Translations under genes and position numbers: made by a program
NCBI RefSeq assembly: GCF_000711695.1
Contig: NW_013547020.1
Coordinates: 124,001-188,000 of the forward strand
Origin: Tilletiaria anomala UBC 951
Taxonomy: Eukaryota
Direction: 5' to 3'
DNA: 64,000 nucleotides
Shown here: one piece after another, positions 1 to 13,300 of the stretch
Position numbering within the stretch: position 1 is the first letter of the stretch
Layout of the letters: each line of letters starts with the position of its first letter
The notes under the pieces: model-generated
Told to the model about the DNA's origin: nothing
Database searches by the model: none
Seen by the model: only the letters and a program-made list of their open reading frames with translations

Positions 1-166
1 AGCTTTGAACAGATAGGTGCACTACGACTTCTCTGTGAACTTCTACAAACACACAAGCTTCAGCGCCTGGAGTCAAGCGGGAACGGCCTCGAGACTGAGA
101 TGAGAAAGAAAGGAACGAGCAATATGTGAAAGCCGATGGCCCATAAAAGGGGATGAGGAAATAACA

Positions 167-2172
167 TTACAAGCCCGCAAAGCCCACAGGAGCCTTTGCA
201 CCCTTTCTGCGAATCACGAGCAACTTTTTCGCCTGCAAGCCATAGATTGCACGCGCAGCCAGCGTCTCTCCTCCACTCATCAACTCGCTCTCGGGCGCCT
301 GTGCCCTGCCCTCGAGCATCATGGCCCTGCACTTCTCCCTGCCGCCGTCGTTGTGGCCATCGCCGTCGACGGCGTCCCACCAGCTGCTGGTGAGGATCCT
401 GAGGTCCTCGAATTCGAGCTGGTGCGGCTCGGGCGTGCGCAGCAGCGAGACGAGCACGTGCGCTGCGGCCATGTTCGTCGGCGTCGGCGGTCCGGCATTC
501 GGCAGGCTTCCCGCTGCACCGCTCGCTGCTGAGGAATTGGTCGCGCCAGATGTGCCTGTATGGGCGCTGCTCGCGACGCTCGTGTCACCTCCAGATCCTG
601 CGACGGTTGTAAGCACTGCCGTTGCGCCCCCACCCGCGGCTGCACTGCTCAAGCTAGCAGGTGAGCGAGCACCGATAAGCACCTCGAGCATCTTGAGCGT
701 CTCGGAAAAGTCGGCGCCCTCGCGCTCCGGCGCGACAAAGCGCACGACATCGCCAAAGACGCTCCAGATCTTCTCCGTCACACGCTCCAGCTCGTCCGTC
801 GCTTCCGGAATGTTGTCTTCATCCTCGTCAGAGTCGAGGTCTCCCAGCATGTCGTTGTCTACCCCCTTTGCCTTGTCCTCTGAAGCGTGTGGCTCGAGCT
901 CGGACCCCACGTCATTGCTCGTTGTGGGCGCCTCATGACGGATTGTGACGTCGTCATCTTTCTCTTCTGGCGCGCTATCTCCCGCAGGTCCAGCATCCGT
1001 GGCGGCAGCAGCAGCAGCCGCGTCAGACTTTCGACCACCAGCCTTGCCTTTGGCGCTAGCAGCACGTGTCGAACGAGCGAACGGTACGCTGGTGTCGCCG
1101 ATGAATTCTTGCGAACCATCACCGGCGATACTGGCGGCCAAATCGTCAGCTGACTCGCCAAAGCTCATCATTGTAGTGTCCTCCTGCTCTTGCGCGGCGC
1201 TCTTGACCTTTGACTTGGTCATCAGTCGCTTCTGCTGCGATTTCAAATACCGAGTTGGACAAAATATCAATGAGAGGAGTAAATATGTAGTGGATGCAAG
1301 ACGATACTCACCTTTTCGAGAAGCTCGCTTTTCATCTCCTCGAGTGCAAAGACCTCCATCTCCTCCTGCTGCAACTCGGCCTTCATCGCCTTGACTTTGG
1401 CCAGAAGTGCATGTGTCGGCAAATTCCTGTTCTGCATCTCCTTTTCTTTCTGATTTCGTGCCTCCTCGACCCTCTTCGCGTGCACCTCGGGTCCGAGGCG
1501 AATGGCTTCTTCCATCGCGGCGCTGCGGTCCTCAAAGCGCTTGCGCGCCTTCTCCACGTCCCCTGCTTTGCGCAAGAGCTCCTTGATGTGCTTTCGCGTG
1601 CGCGTGAACTTGTCGCCGCCTGAGCCGGATGCGAGGCGCTGCGCGGTGAGGAGTAAGGTGTGTGCGTCCCAGACGAGCAGGCCGGCCGACTCGAGATCCT
1701 TGGATGACGGCTTTAGTGGCGTCGGCGGGACAGCTTGGCGCAGCGCTGGAGCGCGCATGACGGAGAGCTGTCCGTCAAGCGTTCCCGCAGCGCCTGCAAC
1801 GTTGGAGGATGTTCCTGTGCCGTGTGCATCGCTGACGGTGCGTCTGCCGCCCGTGCTCCTCCCGCCAGCTCCGCCATCGTCCGCTGAGGTCGCTTCGGAC
1901 GATGATGCTGCTGGCGGGTACCAGAAGAGGCTTGCTTCGAGATGGTTGGCATCGCGTATGAAGTCGAGGATGTCGTTGTTGCCCGGATTCAGCACGGCCT
2001 TTGTAAACGGAAAATGCTCGCGGCCGAGTGTGGGAAGCGAAGTCGACTGCAGCGGCGCGAAAGAAGGGCCAGAAGTGGAGGACGCGGCGAAGCGCCGGCC
2101 GTGTGCGGTGCGCGCGTGCAAGTCGTGGATGGAGGTTAACGCGGTATTCAGCGCTGCAAGGTGGGTCTCCAT
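167..2172 (-). CDS. SPC34: DASH/Dam1 complex subunit Spc34-like protein with a long C-terminal extension (~640 aa). Exons 2172-1312 and 1234(or 1231)-167
   Basis: The N-terminal FPFTKAVL..NDILDFIRDANHLEASLF resembles the Spc34 FT.ALL...DIT.LIRD...E..LF motif and is followed by a coiled coil. A GTGAGT donor at 1311 and a CAGCAG acceptor join the two ORFs in frame. Confidence 0.65.
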
Positions 2173-2703
2173 CTTGCTTCGCTCGGATCTGACTGCGTGG
2201 TAGCGGGGGAGGGCACGCTGCCGAGGGTCACCACTAATACGTGAAAGGTGATGCGATGTGTTGGAGGAGGCTGCGAGCAACAAGAAACACAATAGCAGCG
2301 AGACGACGCGACCAACACACGCGTCGTTGCGCGCGCTGATAACGGGACTCCCTCTGAGAGCACAAGCGAACCCGCGGCAGTCGCAAACATTGTCGGCACT
2401 TTTTTGTTCTCTACACACACGCCAGAGGCGAGAACCGCAACAGCAGTACGTCTCCCCTCGGCACTGTCGGCTCGCCTTCCGGCCGGGGTGGAGTCATTCG
2501 ATGCATTCATGCTTGGTTGCGAAGAGAGGAGAGTCAAGGTGAAGCTTTTCAATGCGATGAATGCTGGATCTCTTCCTCCTCCGTTCCGTTGTTGCCGACT
2601 TGTTGGCCAGTTATTCACAGGAAGAAGCTGCAGCAGGCAGTAGCGCAGGACCCAGTCTCTCGTTTCCACGCTCACCAGCCGCAACGCTTCGCTGCTGGCC
2701 GAC

Positions 2704-5700
2704 ATGTCTTGTAGCACGCCGCAGAGCGATAGTCAGCTATCCAGTTCGGGCAGCGTCGAGCCCTCGTCATCGTCTGCAGCATTCGACCAGGAGGGTGTTG
2801 TTGCAGCGAATAACAGTGCCAGAAGAACAGCAGGAGGCAGACAGCAGGGCTGGTACAGCGAGCTGGACGAAAAGCTCGTCAGGAGGGTGTGTTTGTTAGC
2901 ATTTTCAAGTGCGCAGGCTCAATCTGACATACCCTTTCACCGCTACTTATTCTTGGAACAGAGCGACTCTGCATATCGTGCACATGCACCCCACATGGCC
3001 GCTGGTCCATCAGAAGAAGGAGGGGATGTGACAACCGCAACCGCCCCTCTGCCGATGGCTGCGTCTCGCGCGCTCTCCGCCTCGCTCTCCATTGAGCTGC
3101 TTCACGCGAATGTCGAAGTGGACGGGGGAGCCAAACATCGAGGCCCAGATGCGAATACGGAGATTGGCTCAGATGGTGGCTTTCCTGCGATCTCCACGTC
3201 GGCCGCATCTGCCTCGTCCCTTGCAGCCAAAGAGCTGTCGCAGCTCAGCCTCAGGGAGCGCAACAAGGACCTCACACGCGGCGCCGATGGATCCTACGTT
3301 CCTGCGCCGCATCTGGTCGGCGTGGGCATGCAGCCATCACCATCGATCGAGTACGATGGCGCCAACGGTCAGGCTGGAGGCGTGGGCGGCGTCGTGCCGA
3401 CTGGGCCGAGGAAGGTGCCTGGGGATGACAGCGACGAAGCGGAGGGCCAAATGGCAGAGCAGATCGAGGAGGGTTACGAGGCCGAGGAGGGATCTTCTCA
3501 CGCTCCAGGCCAGGACCGCGCTCAACAGAACACCCACTCACAGTATGCACCCGCACTGAGCGAGCGCCAACTCAGCATGCACGAGCGATTTGCAGCCTCG
3601 CCTGCAGAAGCAGCAGCCGCTTTGGCAGGTATGGGCGCTGTCGCTGGGGACTCATCCGATACGGACATCGTTGGAGCTACAGCTACCGCTTCTCCCTCTC
3701 AAGCGCAGCAATACAAGCAGCAACAACAAGTAGCGATGCACACCGAGCTCACGTCGGAGCTTCGTGCGCTGTACAAGAGCTTACAGAAGTGCTTGGAGCT
3801 GCGCGACAAGTACATGATGGCCAGCTTGCAGGCTAACCTCGATGACAATCCCAAGAACTGGGATGCAGAGTTTGTCGAGCGGGCACAGAGAGCTCAGGGC
3901 AAGGCTGGCAAGGAAATGGGAAAGAACGCAGGAGGTGTGGACCCGCGGGAAGATGCAAAAGCTGCCCCCAAGGGAAAGAAGGAGATTCGCGTGGATGGTA
4001 CCGCGCTGGCCTATTCGCCTGACGATGACAGGGTCGGTGCGGATCCGACAGCGGCAACGTCCAGTGACACTGTGGATAGCCAGCCGATCTACAAGCCTTG
4101 GCGCATCTATCCGGCTCCGCCACGTCCGCACTGGGAGCTGTTCAACCCCCCACCGGCGTCTTCTTTCGTCGTCCGTCCTGATCGACCCTCATTAGCGTCG
4201 CGGCCATCAGACGCGAGCGCAAACAGGAACACGTCCGTCAACCCGCTTCCTCCGCCCATTCCGCCCGCCAGCCCGGCGAACGCCAAGGCTGCGCAGGAGC
4301 TGCTGGAAGGAACTGGCGGCAGGCCAGGTGTGTTCCGCATGGAAGATATCGTCATTCCTGGAATGCACCGGCGTAAGGGCAAAGCTGTCGGGTTCGCAAT
4401 GGAGGACGGTGTCTTCCAGGTCTACGAAGAGGAGGAAGAGGAGGTACGGATACAGCATCAGAAGCAGCAGCAGCAGGATGATGGTGGTGATGTAACCACT
4501 TCCTTAGCACCTGTGCGATCAAATGTAAACGGCAGCAGCGACAGCAGCAGGAGACCGCTCTTCAGCGTTCCCACGCTACAGCAATACTTCAAAGATCTCG
4601 ACCTGCTCCTGTCCGTCATCTCCGACGGCCCCGCCAAGTCGTTCGCGTGGCGGCGGCTAAAGTATCTCGAAGGAAAGTGGAACCTGTACTCGCTGCTGAA
4701 CGAATACCGCGAGCTGGACGGCATGAAGCGCGTGCCGCACCGCGATTTCTACAATGTACGCAAGGTCGACACGCACGTCCACCACAGTGCCAGCATGAAC
4801 CAGAAGCATCTGCTCCGATTCATCAAAGCCAAGATCAAGAGGTATCCGGATGATGTCGTCATCTTCCGCGATGGCCGACAGCTGACACTGCAGCAGGTGT
4901 TTGAGAGTCTCAAGCTCACCGCGTACGATCTGAGCATCGACACTCTCGATATGCATGCCCATCAGGATGCTTTCCATCGCTTTGACAAGGTGAGTCTAGA
5001 TGTGGTACTCTGTGCGCATAAGCTAATTTTGAGCGCGTGCTAACGCGCATTTTGCGTCCTCGCTTCCTCTGCCCAGTTCAACCTCAAGTACAACCCGATC
5101 GGCGAGTCGCGGCTGCGCGAGATCTTCCTCAAGACAGACAATTTGATCAAGGGGCGCTACCTCGCCGAAATCACACGCGAGCTGATGGCCGATCTAGAGC
5201 AGAGCAAGTACCAGATGGCCGAGTACCGCATCAGCATCTATGGCCGCAGCAAGGAGGAGTGGGACAAGCTGGCTGCGTGGATCGTCGACAACCGCCTGTT
5301 CAGCCCGAACGTACGCTGGCTCATCCAGGTGCCGCGGCTGTACGACGTCTACAAAGCCAATGGGACGGTGGACAACTTTGAGCAGATCATCCAGAGTGAG
5401 TAGGCGGTGAGGGTGGCTTGTGAAAGGAATGGACGATTGAACGCGCCGAACGCTCCTCCCGCCAGACGTCTTTGAGCCGCTGTTCGAAGTCACGCAGAAC
5501 CCAGAGAAGCACGCCAAGATGCACATATTCCTGCAGCGCGTCATCGGCTTCGACGTCGTGGACGATGAAAGCAAAGCAGAACGGCGCATCCACCGCAAAT
5601 TCCCCGTGCCCAAGCTGTGGGACTTTAAGCAGAGCCCGCCGTACAACTACTGGATGTACTACATGTACGCCAACATGGCGAGCCTGAACCAGTGGCGGCG

Positions 5701-6766
5701 CATGCGCGGATTAAGTGAGTGTCCGAGGCCGGATCTTGCATAGGTGGAGAGTACGGCTGGCTGACGGATGGACCGCTACTGTGTGCGCGCCCTTGCGTGC
5801 AGACACGTTTGTGCTGCGGCCGCACGCGGGCGAGGCAGGCGACACTGACCACCTGTCTGCAGCGTTCCTGACATCCCAGTCGATCTCGCACGGGATCCTG
5901 CTGCGCAAGGTACCGGCGTTGCAGTACCTGTACTACCTCAAACAGATCGGTCTGGCCATGTCGCCGCTCAGCAACAACGCGCTATTCCTCGCGTACGAGC
6001 GCAATCCGTTCCCGACATTCTTTCGCATGGGCATGAACGTCAGTATCTCCACGGACGACCCGCTGCAGTTCCACCTGAGCAAGGAGCCACTACTGGAGGA
6101 GTACTCGGTCGCGACGCAGATCTACAAGCTGCGGCCTTCTGGTGAGTGAGCGAGCAAGGCAGGCGTGTGTGAGCCCCGCGAGACGAGCCCCCCTCCGAGT
6201 CTGACAAGCGCCTTTACTTTCACATTGCTGCTGCTGCTGCTCTTGCAGACATGTGCGAGCTGGCGCGCAATAGTGTTCTGCAGTCCGGCTGGGAGATGGA
6301 GATCAAGCGGCACTGGCTCGGGCCGAACTTCTTCCTGCCGGGCCCTCAGGGGAATGTGGTGGCCAAGACGAACGTGCCGGACATCCGCCTGCGATTCCGC
6401 GAGGAGACGCTGCGCGAGGAGCTCGACTTGGTATGGCGGCACGGCTCTCTGTCGCCGCCGTCCGTCGCCGCAGATGCTGAGCTATCCAGCGCTGCGGGTG
6501 CGGCTCCGGATGCTACGACCATCAGCGCCGGTGGGCTTGCACCGCAAGAGATGGACGTTGCTAGCTTCCCGGGCGTCTTTCAGCTTGCCGAGGGAAAGAA
6601 GCGCCGTGCCAGCGCCGGCCAGTCGGCTGCTGCTGCTGGTGTCTCTAACAAGGGCGGGAGCGGACTGATGGCCAACGGCGGCGTTGCACGGCTGACCGAA
6701 GGCAGTGCCGGTTCGGCCTCATCAGGGACGAGGCGAAGGGCAGGCGCCGAGTCTTCGACAACATAA
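2704..6766 (+). CDS. AMD1: AMP deaminase. Exons 2704-2886, 2962-4989, 5077-5395, 5466-5714, 5803-6141, 6249-6766
   Basis: Motifs [52 protein letters not shown] and DMCELARNS. All introns have GT..AG ends and keep the frame. Intron 1 is an in-frame 75-nt intron inferred from splice signals only. Confidence 0.95.
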
Positions 6767-7349
6767 AACAAGCGGTGCTGCGCTACTAAGTGTTGGTGTC
6801 TGGTAGTTAAACTGTTTCAAACGACTGTTGCCCTGCAATGAATGGATCACTTTTCCCTCGAAAAAGTGTGCGCGACGCGGATCGAGCCTGACGTACCTGA
6901 TATTACTGACACGGCTCAAGATGCGAAATGCCGATTACACTGTTGTGGCCGGCCAGAGTGCGTGTTACGGTGGGCAATGGCGCGCGCCGTCTCTTCTCCC
7001 TGCTGGCGGGCGTGATGGAGCGACGTAGATCCACGCCGTATCCACTCCATACACAGCGGCGCAGTGCTGCATGCTCTCCCGACATGAAGAAAAGATGCGC
7101 AGTAGCAGGTAGCCAAAAAGACAAGCTAGAAAAAGAAAGAAAAGAGAGCGTGTTGTCAGAGAGATGGGGCGACAGAAGGTGGACGAGTGCCACGTCTGCA
7201 CCTCGCGAAAAAGAAAGAAAGTGCTGCGCTGCGCGCAGGGGATAAAAAGGGAGCGCGCCCCTCGCTGCCCTCGCTGCCGCCCGCCCCTTCGACCGCGCGC
7301 ACGCAGCCTTCGCTTTTTGTCGTGTTTCCCCGTCAGCGGGCGAGGGGCG

Positions 7350-7359
7350 CTAACCCTAA
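7350..7359 (+). promoter_or_regulatory. Telobox-like CTAACCCTAA element 16 nt upstream of the MOT1 start codon
   Basis: Exact match to about 1.7 units of the TTAGGG telomere repeat (C-strand). Function inferred. Confidence 0.4.
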
Positions 7360-7375
7360 TTAGCCTCCACCCAAT

Positions 7376-10300
7376 ATGAGCAGCTCCCTCCATGCTGCCA
7401 CCAGCAGCAGTCAAATCGTCGCCGTTGCTACCACCAGTGAGTCTTAACCCTTTCCTGCATCATTATCATATGATACCGATATCTTCGCCTCGCGGTCGGT
7501 TGGCGATATCGTCCAGTCGACGCAAACCAGAGGCATGCTCAGCTGGTTGCATCGCGACCTGCACTCCCGTCGGCCGCGACGAATTCTATGCCATGCTACT
7601 TTTGAACACCGGCTGGCCGCCTATCTCTTTGTTTGTCCGATATGTGTCTGTGACATACCTGACCGCCGAACACTTGCTTTCTGCCCCCTCTTCTCTCATT
7701 TGCTCCATATTCCCCGTACCCAACAGGACTCGATCGCCTTGTATCGCTCCTTGAGACTGGCTCGACGCTGGCCGTGAAGCAGACCGCCGCCCAGCAACTG
7801 GGCCAGATCGCGGCGTTAAGCGTCAGAGGCGGCGGCACTGGCCTTGGCGCTGGCACTAGCGCGGGTACGGATGCGACGGCGGGTGATGCAGGTGTCAGCA
7901 GCGCGTTGAACAATGCTGGCGGGGGCACAGTCAAATCAGAAAAGCAAGCATCGCAAGCTGGCGACGTAGAGCGACAGGAAGCACAGCATGCATCAGGCTC
8001 AAACATCAAGCTCGAAGACCTCTCTGCCGCGAGTGCAACCGCGTACCACGGCCTTGATGGCGACTGGCACGAGAGCGTCTACCTCCTCGCCAAGGTCCTC
8101 CCGCACTTACGGTCCAAGAGCTGGGACACGCGCGTCGCCGCTGCCTCGGCCATCGAGGTCATCTGCCGCGCCAGCGGCGTTTGGGATGTTCGTTCCGGCT
8201 CCAGCCTTGTGGAAGATGGTGGTGGTGCACATCAGGGGAAGGTGCAGACAGTCAAGAAGGAAGAGGCAGATGGAGATGGTGACGCATCCATGGCAAACGG
8301 CTCGATCCACTCTGCCGAACAAAGAGAAGAAGACCCTCTGCCTCCAGACACATTGTCCTTCCGCACCTTCTCCCTTGCGAATCTCCTTGCCACGGGCCCT
8401 AAGCTGCTTTCGTCTGCCGGCAAAGAGTACATCCTCACCGGCGGCTCGGTCGCCGAGCGCCTCGCGGCCGCCAAGCGCAACCTCAAGAGCCTCGGGCTCG
8501 ACATGGGCGGCCCCACCGGCGTCGGAGACGACGGAAATGACCTCGGCCTAGACGTAGAGGCCGAGCTGCGAGCGGGTGAGGCGCAGCAAGAGCAACAGCA
8601 GGCGCAGAGCGATAGCAAGGAAGACTCTCCTTCTGCTGCTCTTGATCGCGAAGGCCCGGGACTGAGGATCGACAGGTCCAGCAAGGCGCCCTTGTCCTCG
8701 TTGCCTCAGCCATGCGTTGGGCTCGCATCCGCGTCCGCCGCGTCTTCATTTGGTAGTGCAGCTGCGGCGGCACCAACGGGAGGCAAGCAGTCTTGGCTTG
8801 TCGCTTCGCCGACACTCGCTTCGCCGTCCTTGAGCATTTCTGCGTCATCCGGTCATTCAGGATCTGCGCTCCCCACAATGGCTGCAGCTGCGGTTGCGGA
8901 ACAGGAGCCACCCGCACCCGCGGAGGTGGACTTGTCGAAGCTGTCGGCGCGGGAGCGCAACCAGCTCAAGCGTAAGCGAAAGATGGAAGGCAAGGGATCC
9001 GTTGCTGGTGGCGATAGCAGTGGCGCAAGCACAGCGACGCCGTCACGGAGCGCAGGCGCGACGACGCCGCTTGGCCGTCGCGCGTCCGAGTACTCTGAAA
9101 AAACGCGCGTTGTCGAGAGCCCCGCTGCTGCTGCTGCCGGTACCGCATTCAGCAACGGAAGTGTGGCCAATGCGGATAGGCTACGCATCAAGTCTCCCAC
9201 CCCCAGCGCTGTCGGGCTCGACGCACGGCATAGCGATGCAGCGGCAGCATCTAAGGCGACCAACGGTGAAGCACGCGATCACCTTTGCGCCATAGCTGCT
9301 CCCACTGCCAGACCCTCGTCTTCTTTGCAAACGCCAAGCGTCGAGCAGCCCACTCCATCGCCAGAAGTAGCAACGCCAGTGTCCAGCGCGAAAGACGGCT
9401 CGGCGTTACTGGCGCCCGCGGGCGAGTGGCCATTCCAGCTCGTCGCACAGGTCCTCGCGGCCGACCTGTTCAACGCGCAGTGGGAGATCCGGCATGGCGC
9501 CGCACTAGGGCTCCGCGAAGTCATCCGGACACAAGGCGCGTGTGCTGGCATGTGCGTCGGTAGTGGGGGCGGCGGCGCGGAGAAATTCGCAAACGGGGAG
9601 GGTGGTGGTACTGGGTCCCAAAGCGCAAGCGAAGCAAGCAGGAACGTCGCGCTGCACGGGCGCTGGTGCGAGGACATGGCGATCCGCTTGCTGTCTGTCC
9701 TATCGCTCGACCGGCTCGGCGACTTTATCTTCGACCACGTCGTCGCGCCCGTGCGCGAAACTGCGTCCCAGACGCTCGCGGCGCTCTTCCGCGTCATGCC
9801 CAACGTCGTGCAGCGCGAAACGCACGCATGCCTCATCGCCATGATCCTGCAGGACTACCTCGATGCGTCACCCCGTGCAGCCGCTGGCGCCAGCGATGCG
9901 CTGGACAAGTTCGCGATTGGACGTGGAGTCAAGGGGTACAGCTGGGAAGTGCGGCATGCGGGGCTGCTCGGCCTCAAGTACGAGCTGGCGCTCCGGGATG
10001 AGGCGGCGGGGGTGCAAAAGCAGGATGGTGAGGTGGGGACGTTGAGAGAGATCGTGAACATGGCTACGCTGGCGTGAGTTTTTAACCTCCCTTGCCCTAT
10101 TGCCGCCCCTTTGGAGCTGCTAATGAGCCTTTGTTTTCGACTACTTTCCTGCCCATCTACAGCTTACGCGACGAAGACGACGACATCCGCGGCGTGGCGG
10201 CTTCAATGCTAATTCCCGCCGCAAATGAGATCGTCACACACCTACACGACATGCTTCCTCGCGTCATCCACCAGCTCTGGGAGTGCCTTGAGCATGCCCG

Positions 10301-13300
10301 CGACGACCTATCCAGCAGTCTCTCGAGCATCATGGACCTTTTGTCGACGCTTATGCAGAACAGCGTGGTCATCACGCTGATGCGCTCCTCTGCCTCACGT
10401 CCCCTTCCGCAGCTCATCCCGCTCGTGTACCCGTTCTTCCGCCACACGATCTCAAGCGTGCGCGCCGCGGCAGTGCGCGCGATCGTCACGTTCCTCGGCA
10501 TGCGCGACGCTGTCCCGAGCTGGGCGGACGATCGCATCTTCCGCTTGCTCTTCCAGAACATGGTCGTCGAGGAGAAGCCAGACATCCGCCAGCACAGCGC
10601 CAACGCATGGGCCACGCTCCTCTCGGCCTTTGCGAGCGACCCAGCGTGGCTTGCGTCGACGCTCGGCCCGCACGTCACGCGCTTCTACGCGATCCTTATG
10701 ACGCCCCTGGGGCACCGCTTCGACCCGAGCCTGTTCTACCGGCCGACGGGCGCCGCAGCGAACGGAGCACACGACGTCGACAAAAGCATGCTCGCACAGG
10801 ACTTGACGCTCGTCGGCATGGACAGCATCATCCGCGGCCGTCTCAGCGCAGCCATGGCGCTCGGCGAGGTACTTGCGCTCTGGCCCGCCGAGCGCGTCGG
10901 TGCAGACTTTGAGTCGCAACTCGACGCCTACCTGTCCTCCAGCTCTGCCTTGCAGCGCTGCCTCGCCGCAGCGGTTCTGCAGGAATGGGCCGAGGCCTGC
11001 TGGCGTCGCAGCGAGTCGGTCATTGCCACATCGCCATCAGCGCAGAAGCTGAGCGCAAAAATGATCGGCATTCTCGAGTCGCCCGCGCCGATCACGTACG
11101 CTGAGATGACAACGCTGTTGTTGCGCACGCAGACTGAATGCCAGGCGCTCTGCAACATGTTCGTCCGCGACGGCAAGCTGGCGCGCGACGCGGTACCGGT
11201 GCTGTCGTCCACCGTCGATCCGACTGGGCACGATGCAAGCGCATTCAGCCTCGCAAGTGCCAAGACCATCGCCGGTGAGACCTACCAGGCGCTGCTGCCC
11301 AAGATCTCGAAACGGACGCAGAAAACGGCTCTGCCGCTGTTGCAGCAGAAGCACCGCGTCGTCGTCGCTTCTATCGGGTTCTACGAGACGGCCAAGTCGA
11401 AGCAGGATACACAAATGTTTGCTTCAGTCGCCTCCGCCGTCATCGCCCTCGGGTCCCTTCCAGATAAGCTCAACCCCATCATCCGGAGCATCATGAACAG
11501 TGTCAAGTTTGAGGAAAGCCGCGACCTGCAGGAACGCTCGGCGATGGCCGTTGCGCACCTCATCGAGGTCTGTTGCCGATCGGGCGCCAAATCCAACCCT
11601 TCTGGCAAGGTCGTTAAGAACCTCTGCGCATTCGTATGCCAGGACACGAGCATCACGCCGGTCTTTGAGGCATCGAGCCACATCTTCGAGGGCATCCTGT
11701 CGATCAAGGATGCTAGCATTGGCGTCAAGAAGGACGAATCAGAGGGTACGCCAGAGGAGGCAGAAGGCAGACTCATCCGTCGCGGCGCGCAGGTCGCACT
11801 GGCAGCCATCGCTAAGCGATTCGGCGCGTCCCTCTTCACGAGTGTCGCCGGTCTGTGGGATAGCATCGCATCTGCCCTTGATGCAGTCACCGCAAGCAAG
11901 CAGCCTGATGAGTTGGATAATGTTCTCGCGAGTGGCAGCGCGCAAGCATTGCTTGACGGCCTCAACGTCCTGCAAACCGTTCTGCCGCATGTGGCCATTG
12001 AGCTGCATACAGCTGTCATTGAACTTCTGCCGAAGCTCACGCTGGCCCTGCAGAGCAAATTCGCAGTAATCCGATCTGCCGCAGCTCAAACGATCGCTGC
12101 TTCGGCTCAGCAGATCACGTCTTCGACTATGCTGCATATCGTTCACCACATCATTCCATTGCTCAATGACGCAACGTTGTTGCGCAACCGCCAAGGAGCT
12201 GCAGAGGCCATCGCGCTCACGGTCGGAGCCCTTGATCTTGACGTCTTGCCCTACCTCATCTTCCTCATTGTTCCACTGCTGGGACGCATGGGTGACCCGA
12301 GCGACGATGTACGCTTGCTTGCAGCTAGCACATTTGGCATCCTCGTCAAAATGGTTCCTCTCGAGGCTGGACTCCCTGACCCGGTCGGCTTCCCAACAGA
12401 GTTGCTCGACAAAAGACAGGAGCAGCGACTGTTCCTAGAGCAACTCTTGGGTAATAACAAGGTTCAGCACTATGAGATCCCCGTGTCGCTCAACGTCGAG
12501 CTCAGAAAGTATCAGCAAGACGGTGTCAACTGGATGGCATTCCTCTCTAAGTATCAGCTTCACGGAGTGTTGTGCGACGATATGGGTCTTGGCAAGACAC
12601 TGCAGTCCATCGCAATCCTCGCGAGCAAGCACTATGAACGCGATCAGAGATATAAGGCGACTGGTTCTCCTGATTCCAAACCGCTTCCGTCTCTTGTCAT
12701 TTGTCCGCCTACGCTCACGGGCCATTGGGTGTTCGAGATTCGCAAATATGCAACTAATCTCCGGCCACTGCTCTTTGGAGGTCTCCCAGCTGAGCGCGCG
12801 CTGCTCCTCAATGATATCCCAAAGCATGATGTAATTGTCATGTCGTACGACGTTGTGCGCAACGACATCGCATCCCTTTCCCCGATCGCCTGGAATTACT
12901 GTATTCTTGACGAAGGTCACATCATCAAGAACGCAAAAACAAAGACGACCAAGGCAGTCAAGACGCTCAAAGCGAATCATCGGCTCCTTCTTTCGGGCAC
13001 TCCGATCCAGAACAGCGTTCTAGAGCTCTGGTCTCTTTTCGACTTCCTCATGCCAGGGTTCCTCGGTACTGAGAAGGCCTTCCACGAGCGATTCAGCAAG
13101 CCGATTCTAGCAACGCGCGATGGCAAAGCTACTGCCAAGGAACGCGAAGCCGCTGCTTTGGCCCTCGAGGCGTTACACAAGCAGGTCTTGCCTTTCGTTC
13201 TGCGCAGACTCAAGGACGACGTCTTGGACGATCTGCCTCCAAAGATTATCCAGGACATCGAGTGCGAGCTCGGCGACGTGCAACGCCAGCTGTACGACGA

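Noticed and set aside
6225..6243. CTG/CAG trinucleotide runs here and in several CDSs
   Set aside because: Short microsatellites or poly-Gln/Ala codons, typical of the GC-rich parts of this sequence.
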